Translations under genes and position numbers: made by a program
Origin: an uncultured Candidatus Pelagibacter sp.
Lineage (GTDB): Bacteria; Pseudomonadota; Alphaproteobacteria; Pelagibacterales; Pelagibacteraceae
NCBI GenBank assembly: GCA_905616605.1
Contig: CAJQSY010000014.1
Span: 10,543 to 74,542 of the forward strand
Length of the DNA: 64,000 nt
Reading direction: 5' to 3'
Notes under the pieces: generated by a model
The model's database searches: none
What the model was told of the DNA's origin: nothing
The model's input: the letters and a program-made list of their open reading frames with translations, nothing else
In this document: one piece after another, positions 58,656 to 64,000 of the stretch
Numbering within the stretch: position 1 is the first letter of the stretch
Layout of the letters: each line of letters starts with the position of its first letter

Positions 58656-60989
58656 ATGGAATTAATAAAAAAAATTAAAAAAACCTATAGATCTAGTACA
58701 GATCATTCAGCAAATAAATATTTAATGGTACCAATATTTATTTTCTTTGCTTTATTAATTTTTGCTTTAATTAGAAGTCCAATTTTGATCTCTTCTTCTG
58801 GTATTGGAAGTGCCATAATTCTAACTTCTCCATTAATACTGGCAACTTACTCTTTAACATTTATAGTTATGGCAGGTCGTGGAGGTGTTGACTTATCAAT
58901 AGGACCTTTCATGGGCTTTATCAACGTGAGCTGTATTCAGCTCTTTGCTGCAGGATATTTACAAAGCCCAGTTACTTTTTTTGTTTATGCCATATTTATG
59001 GGGATGCTTTATCAATTATTTTTTGCTTTGGTAGTTTGTTTTGTTAGGGTTTCACCAATCATAGTTTCTCTTGCAGGATATTTAGCATTTGTAGGAATGA
59101 ATATTGTAATTTTACCTAGACCTGGAGGTATTGCACCTGACTGGTTAATTCCATGGGGGGAAGGCTTTACAATTTTTAATGAAATATTTCTTCTAATGAT
59201 TTTAGCAACAATATTATTTTACATGATAACTCATACTGCTTTTTGGGGACATCTTAAACTAATGGGTTCAGATGAACGTGCAGCTTTTACAAGTGGTGTA
59301 AAAATTAACTGGGTTAGAATAGTTGCTCATTTGATAGCTGGAATTTTTGCAGCTTTATCTGCAATAACATTTACAGCTTTGATTGGTTCAGGAGACCCTC
59401 TCCAAGGTACAAAATATACATTGCTTGGAATAACAGCTTTAGTGCTTGGAGGTGCAAGTCTAGCTGGTGGTAGAGGTGGAGCCTTTGGTGCTATACTTGG
59501 TGCAGGCACCCTATACTTAATAAACTTTATTTTAGTTACATTTAATTTTGGAAGACTCCAAAGTTTTATATCAGATTTATCTTATGGGGCAGTTTTAGTT
59601 TTAGCATTACTAGTAAGTCTTTTTCTTCCTGCCGTGCAAAGAGTAACTAAGGGTTTATCTGTTATAGTATTTTTTATTTTAATGTCGTTTGCGGGTCTAT
59701 TTGCGGTTATTCATGGAGTTTATGACCAGCCAATAATTGATGAAGCAGCACTTGCTCTTGAAAAAGCAGAAGCCGTAAAGGTATATGAAGATACGTCAAA
59801 AGGTGAACGTAAAATTGATGCTACTGGAAATATTATTGTTGAAGATGGATCGTCAACAACCGGAGAAGGTTCTTCTCAAGGTGGTTCATTAGCAGGACAT
59901 GGTATCACTCAGTTTACAGAAACCCCAGGCACTATAGTTCTTTATATAATTCTTGGCCTAGCTCTATTAGCAGGATTGCTATATTTACTTACCAAGCATA
60001 GAAGTCCTTCCATAATATCTTTTGTAGTCATTGTTGTTGTCATGATTGTAGGATTAATATTTGATCCTGATGATAAAAAAGAAAACTTATTAAAAAATGA
60101 TAATCAAATCAATCTTCAATCAAATCAAAGTAGTATTGAAACATTTTCACCTCAATATTTCAGTCTTGAAAAAATAGACTTTTTATCAGATATTTCTTCA
60201 CCAGCGAGCCTACTAACTAGTACAAGCTATACAATTATCTTAGCTGCTGGAATAATTTTACTTGTCTCTTTAATAGTTATTGCGATGTTACCGCAGTTTA
60301 CTGTTAGAGCAAAATCTACAGCTATACTTTTATTTCTTGCTGCCTTATCAGTAATAATTTTAGGGGGAATTTCTTATAACAATTTAATTGGGGAAGTTGA
60401 TAGTAGCACTTTTGGTATTCAGGGATATGGTGTTATACTGGTAGGATTGCTTCTTTTTGTAATAACCGCCCCTTTTGTTCATTCAAAGATAAAAAATTTA
60501 ACTAATGTTTACATATTTGGATTTAGTATTTTAGCAATACTTGCTGTTTATTTTGTAGGAGGAAATACATTTAATGTTGAAACAGACGTTTCTTTTTACC
60601 AGCCTCAGATTATTAGCGACATAAATGTTGGAGATCTTTCGGCAGTAACGTATGGAGAGCCTAAGAGATTTTTTGGTGAAAGTTTGACCTCAGGCTATGC
60701 TCAATTTGCGTATAGCATATTATTTGTATTCTTATTTCAATTTTTTACATTCATAGCTATGGACCATAAGAATAACTATAAAAGTTTTTCTCCATTAATT
60801 TATATTGTTATTGCAGCTTCACTTTTATGGTCTGTAATATTTTATTCTATTGGCTATTCTTTCTATAAAATTTTAATTGTATATGTGGTTGGTATACCGA
60901 TTACACCTTTGGTTTGGCAGTTTATGGGTGTCTATGTTGAAAAACTTTCAAGAGATCAGCAATTAAGTCAATGGGAGGAAATTAAATAG
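58656..60989 (+). CDS. RbsC-type ABC permease with ~450-aa C-terminal multi-TM extension
   Basis: GGVDLSIG, G..L..MGSD.RAA..SGV and VLGGASL.GGRG motifs in the first ~320 aa. Confidence 0.85.
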   Translation: MELIKKIKKTYRSSTDHSANKYLMVPIFIFFALLIFALIRSPILISSSGIGSAIILTSPLILATYSLTFIVMAGRGGVDLSIGPFMGFINVSCIQLFAAGYLQSPVTFFVYAIFMGMLYQLFFALVVCFVRVSPIIVSLAGYLAFVGMNIVILPRPGGIAPDWLIPWGEGFTIFNEIFLLMILATILFYMITHTAFWGHLKLMGSDERAAFTSGVKINWVRIVAHLIAGIFAALSAITFTALIGSGDPLQGTKYTLLGITALVLGGASLAGGRGGAFGAILGAGTLYLINFILVTFNFGRLQSFISDLSYGAVLVLALLVSLFLPAVQRVTKGLSVIVFFILMSFAGLFAVIHGVYDQPIIDEAALALEKAEAVKVYEDTSKGERKIDATGNIIVEDGSSTTGEGSSQGGSLAGHGITQFTETPGTIVLYIILGLALLAGLLYLLTKHRSPSIISFVVIVVVMIVGLIFDPDDKKENLLKNDNQINLQSNQSSIETFSPQYFSLEKIDFLSDISSPASLLTSTSYTIILAAGIILLVSLIVIAMLPQFTVRAKSTAILLFLAALSVIILGGISYNNLIGEVDSSTFGIQGYGVILVGLLLFVITAPFVHSKIKNLTNVYIFGFSILAILAVYFVGGNTFNVETDVSFYQPQIISDINVGDLSAVTYGEPKRFFGESLTSGYAQFAYSILFVFLFQFFTFIAMDHKNNYKSFSPLIYIVIAASLLWSVIFYSIGYSFYKILIVYVVGIPITPLVWQFMGVYVEKLSRDQQLSQWEEIK

Positions 60990-60992
60990 CTT

Positions 60993-62408
60993 ATGAAAAA
61001 ATCTGCATTCATTTTTTTTAAAGGTTTGGGATTATTATTTGCAGTTTTATGCGGTATTGGTACTGCAATTCTTGGTTGGTATGATGGAGCTGATTGGATC
61101 AATATAGTTTCCTACTCACTTGCGGTATCTGCTTTAATATTATGGGGCTGGTATCATTTTTCAATTCGATGGATTCATGGTGACCTAAAACAAGATATTT
61201 TTTCACAGATTTCAAAAAAAGAAAATATTGATAATAAAGAATTAGCTCCAGAAGATTATGAAGAAAATTTCCTTTTAAAAAATATTCGTCAAAATAGATG
61301 GGTTGTAAGTGCTTTTATTTTGATGATTACTATTTTCATATTTATTTCATTTATTGCTGATGGCTTTTTTTCTGGTCGTACCCTTGTTTCTTTTATTATA
61401 TTTATAGCTTTCATTATCTTTATGGGGGTTATTGGCCAATATGTCCGAGGTCAAAAAAGTGTTTTTATTGGTATTTCAGTTTTAATTGGACTTTTTATTA
61501 TAGGATCTTTGACCATCCCTGGATTCCTTTCACTACTTAATATGAAATCAATGTTAGTTTTTGCTGCATTCTTAGGAATAGCAACAGTAGGTCAAACATT
61601 TGTTGCTCTATTAGGTGGCCTTGATTTGTCAATTCCATTTGTTATTGGCTCTAGCAATGTTGCTTTAATGTCTCTGATTACAAAAGGAGTTCCACCTTGG
61701 CTTGCCTTAGTTGCAGTTTTGATACTAGGTTTGCTAATAGGTTTAGTGAATGGAGTATTAAGCTTTAGACTTCAAGGGCAAGCAATAATATTAACCCTTG
61801 GGGTTGGCTTTATGGTTAAGGGTGGTGTTCAAATCCTTGTTTCAATGGGTACCTTTTCAGCTGGAACAGTTTTTGGTGTGGTGCCAGAATGGATGAGAAA
61901 CCTTGCTTCTATGGGTGGCAAAACTGTTGGCTTACCAATTCCTCCTGTCATAATAATTTGGATAGTAATTTCTATAGCTGTTATTGTTGCCCTTCGATTT
62001 ACTAGTTGGGGAAGGCATCTTTATGCTCTAGGAGGAAATAGATTGTCATCAGCAAGATTATCTATTTCAGAAAAAGGATATTGGATTGGTGCCTACATGA
62101 TTAGTGGTTTTTTCTCGGCTTTAACAGGTGCTCTACTTCTTGGATGGAGTGGCGGTGGTTATGTGGGAGCTGGAGATATATATTTATTTACAACTATTGC
62201 TGCTGTTGTAGTTGGAGGCACTTCTTTACTTGGTGGTAGTGGTGGATATGGTCTTAGTATTCTTGGGGTTTTAATTCTACAAATCATTACATCTGTATTA
62301 ATAGGTTGGGGTTTAAGTTGGGAAGCACAACAGTTTATTTTAGGTTTATTAATTATACCAATGGTGGCTTTATATGCGAGATCGCCCCACATTAGGTCAC
62401 AGATATAG
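60993..62408 (+). CDS. RbsC-type ABC permease with N-terminal extension
   Basis: GQTFV.L.GGLDLS, GRHLYALGGN and VVVGGTSL.GG.G motifs. Confidence 0.85.
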   Translation: MKKSAFIFFKGLGLLFAVLCGIGTAILGWYDGADWINIVSYSLAVSALILWGWYHFSIRWIHGDLKQDIFSQISKKENIDNKELAPEDYEENFLLKNIRQNRWVVSAFILMITIFIFISFIADGFFSGRTLVSFIIFIAFIIFMGVIGQYVRGQKSVFIGISVLIGLFIIGSLTIPGFLSLLNMKSMLVFAAFLGIATVGQTFVALLGGLDLSIPFVIGSSNVALMSLITKGVPPWLALVAVLILGLLIGLVNGVLSFRLQGQAIILTLGVGFMVKGGVQILVSMGTFSAGTVFGVVPEWMRNLASMGGKTVGLPIPPVIIIWIVISIAVIVALRFTSWGRHLYALGGNRLSSARLSISEKGYWIGAYMISGFFSALTGALLLGWSGGGYVGAGDIYLFTTIAAVVVGGTSLLGGSGGYGLSILGVLILQIITSVLIGWGLSWEAQQFILGLLIIPMVALYARSPHIRSQI

Positions 62409-62422
62409 AAAAGGAAATTTGA

Positions 62423-63142
62423 ATGGTAAAACTTAATTGTGATATGGGTGAGAGTTTTGGAATTTATTCTGCAGGTAATGATGAGGAAATAATGCCATTA
62501 ATAGATATAGCTAATGTTGCTTGTGGATTCCATGCTTCAGACCCTAACCATATGAGAAAAACTGTTTTATTGGCTAAAAAATATGGTGTTAAAGTTGGTG
62601 CTCATCCTTCTTTTCCTGACTTGCAAGGGTTTGGTAGAAGAGAAATGAAAATGCCAAGACAAGATATAAAAAATATGATCATGTATCAAGTTGGTGCATT
62701 GAAATCATTTTTAGACGAACAAGGTATGCCTCTAAACCATATTAAACCACATGGATCATTATATGTTATGGCTGCAAAAGATGAAAATATGGCTCATGCT
62801 ATTGCTGATGCTGTTGAAACTTTTAATGTCAGTATTTTTGGAATGGCAAATACTTGTCATGAAAAAATCTATAAAGATGAAAGAGGCTTAAACTTTATTG
62901 CAGAGTTTTATGCTGACCTAGATTACGATGAAAATGGAAAACTAGTAATAGCAAAAGGTAAAAATTCAAAATATGATAGTAAAATTGCTACTGATCGTGT
63001 TATGCGCGCTCTATCAGAAAAAAAAGTTACAAATACAATCGGTAAAGATATTGATGTTGGGTGTGATACTGTCTGTGTTCATTCAGATACCCCCAATGCA
63101 GTCGAAATTATTACTAGTATAAAGTTAGCTCTCAAAAAATAA
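62423..63142 (+). CDS. pxpA: LamB/YcsF family protein, 5-oxoprolinase subunit PxpA
   Basis: LNCDMGES.G, ANVACGFHA.DP, GAHPS.PD..GFGRR, HIKPHGSLY and CVHSDTP motifs. Confidence 0.9.
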   Translation: MVKLNCDMGESFGIYSAGNDEEIMPLIDIANVACGFHASDPNHMRKTVLLAKKYGVKVGAHPSFPDLQGFGRREMKMPRQDIKNMIMYQVGALKSFLDEQGMPLNHIKPHGSLYVMAAKDENMAHAIADAVETFNVSIFGMANTCHEKIYKDERGLNFIAEFYADLDYDENGKLVIAKGKNSKYDSKIATDRVMRALSEKKVTNTIGKDIDVGCDTVCVHSDTPNAVEIITSIKLALKK

Positions 63143-63147
63143 AATAC

Positions 63148-64000
63148 ATGAAGCGAATTCTAATAGCTAATCGAGGTGAAATAGCTTGCAGGATTATTGA
63201 TAGTTGTAAAAAATTAAATCTCCACTCAATTGCTGTATATTCTGATGTAGATAGAAATAGTAAGCATGTAAGAAAAGCTGATGAATCAATTCACATAGGC
63301 GGTTCTAAAGCTCAAGAAAGCTACCTTTCAATGGATAGAATAATTGATGCTGCTAAAAAATTAAATGTAGATGCAATACATCCAGGGTATGGTTTTATGG
63401 CAGAGAACGCAGAATTTGCTAAGAAAATAATTAACTCAGGAATTATTTGGATAGGCCCTACACCGAGTACAATTTTATCAATGGGGAATAAGGATATAGC
63501 GAGAGAACTTGCTATAAAAAATGATCTTCCTATTTGTCCGGGCTTAAAAAATGATGAGCTAGATAGTGAGGATTTAGAGGATAAATGTAATAAAATAGGT
63601 TTTCCAATTCTAATAAAGGCAAGCGCTGGTGGTGGGGGAATTGGAATGCAAATTGCAAATAATTATGAACAGCTAGTTCAATCAATAGAAAAAACAAAAA
63701 ATTTAGCACAAAAAGCTTTTGGTAATAGTGATATTTTTTTGGAAAAATTTATATCCAATGCAAGACATATCGAAATACAAGTCTTTGGCCTTGGTGACAA
63801 AAAAGCATTACACTTCTTTGAAAGAGATTGCTCAATACAAAGACGTTTTCAAAAAATTATAGAAGAGAGTCCAGCAATCAAAATTGAAAAATCAATTATT
63901 GATAAAATGGCTGAAAGTGCTGTAAATTTTGTAACTAATCAAAAATATGAGGGAGCAGGAACAGTAGAGTTTATATACGATATAGATGATAAAAAATTTT
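63148..64000 (+). CDS. Biotin carboxylase subunit/domain (acyl-CoA or urea carboxylase-like), runs off the window edge
   Basis: Manual translation: MKRILIANRGEIACRI..., HPGYGF.AEN, KASAGGGGIGM, RHIEIQ, ERDCSIQRRFQK and GAGTVEF. Confidence 0.9.
   Translation, partial: MKRILIANRGEIACRIIDSCKKLNLHSIAVYSDVDRNSKHVRKADESIHIGGSKAQESYLSMDRIIDAAKKLNVDAIHPGYGFMAENAEFAKKIINSGIIWIGPTPSTILSMGNKDIARELAIKNDLPICPGLKNDELDSEDLEDKCNKIGFPILIKASAGGGGIGMQIANNYEQLVQSIEKTKNLAQKAFGNSDIFLEKFISNARHIEIQVFGLGDKKALHFFERDCSIQRRFQKIIEESPAIKIEKSIIDKMAESAVNFVTNQKYEGAGTVEFIYDIDDKKF

Noticed and set aside
419-62392. Many short antisense or alternate-frame ORFs in the track (e.g. 1221, 2566, 11368, 11716, 12259, 14453, 16894, 24340-25266, 28079, 44061, 52167, 56664, 57848, 62159)
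   Set aside because: They lie mostly or wholly within well-supported genes and show the usual shadow-ORF composition, with no motifs or RBS.
1-64000. CRISPR arrays, IS elements, integrases, tRNA/rRNA genes, defence systems
   Set aside because: No regularly spaced direct repeats, transposase or integrase motifs, or stable-RNA signatures found by eye.

Overview
AT-rich, very densely coded alphaproteobacterial chromosome segment, almost certainly SAR11/Pelagibacterales. This is inferred from the tiny or overlapping intergenic spacers, a TPP riboswitch-thiV-tenA module, tauABC, hpsN and GA-rich ribosome-binding sites. 0-16 kb is mostly housekeeping (pabCAB-like, metC, mnmA, cysQ, recX, bcp, amtB, hup, rseP, an ABC-2 pair). 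16-34 kb holds thiamin-precursor salvage and an organosulfur/amino-acid block (ald, omega-aminotransferase, tauABC, Ldh_2 dehydrogenase, pta, hpsN, cysE, cysK). 36-39 kb is an islet of tiny genes carrying three apparent non-coding transcripts. 42-52 kb is a TctABC-fed sugar-acid catabolic cluster, followed by moaAC. From 55 kb there is an atypical sugar-type ABC importer linked to pxpA and a biotin carboxylase. I saw no tRNA, rRNA, CRISPR array, integrase or IS element. The strongest candidates for undescribed biology are: (1) a stand-alone, strongly promoted ~170-nt structured RNA carrying an 8-codon ORF MNLSPPDT* (38.5 kb); (2) a minus-strand sRNA whose loop is complementary to the GA-rich RBSs of several transporter/catabolic genes in this window and which shares an upstream LysR-type box with amtB (39.1 kb); (3) the expanded ABC importer-PxpA-carboxylase locus; (4) an unannotated 27-aa Lys/Arg-rich peptide gene (4.5 kb). 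All calls come from reading motifs by eye; no database searches were run.
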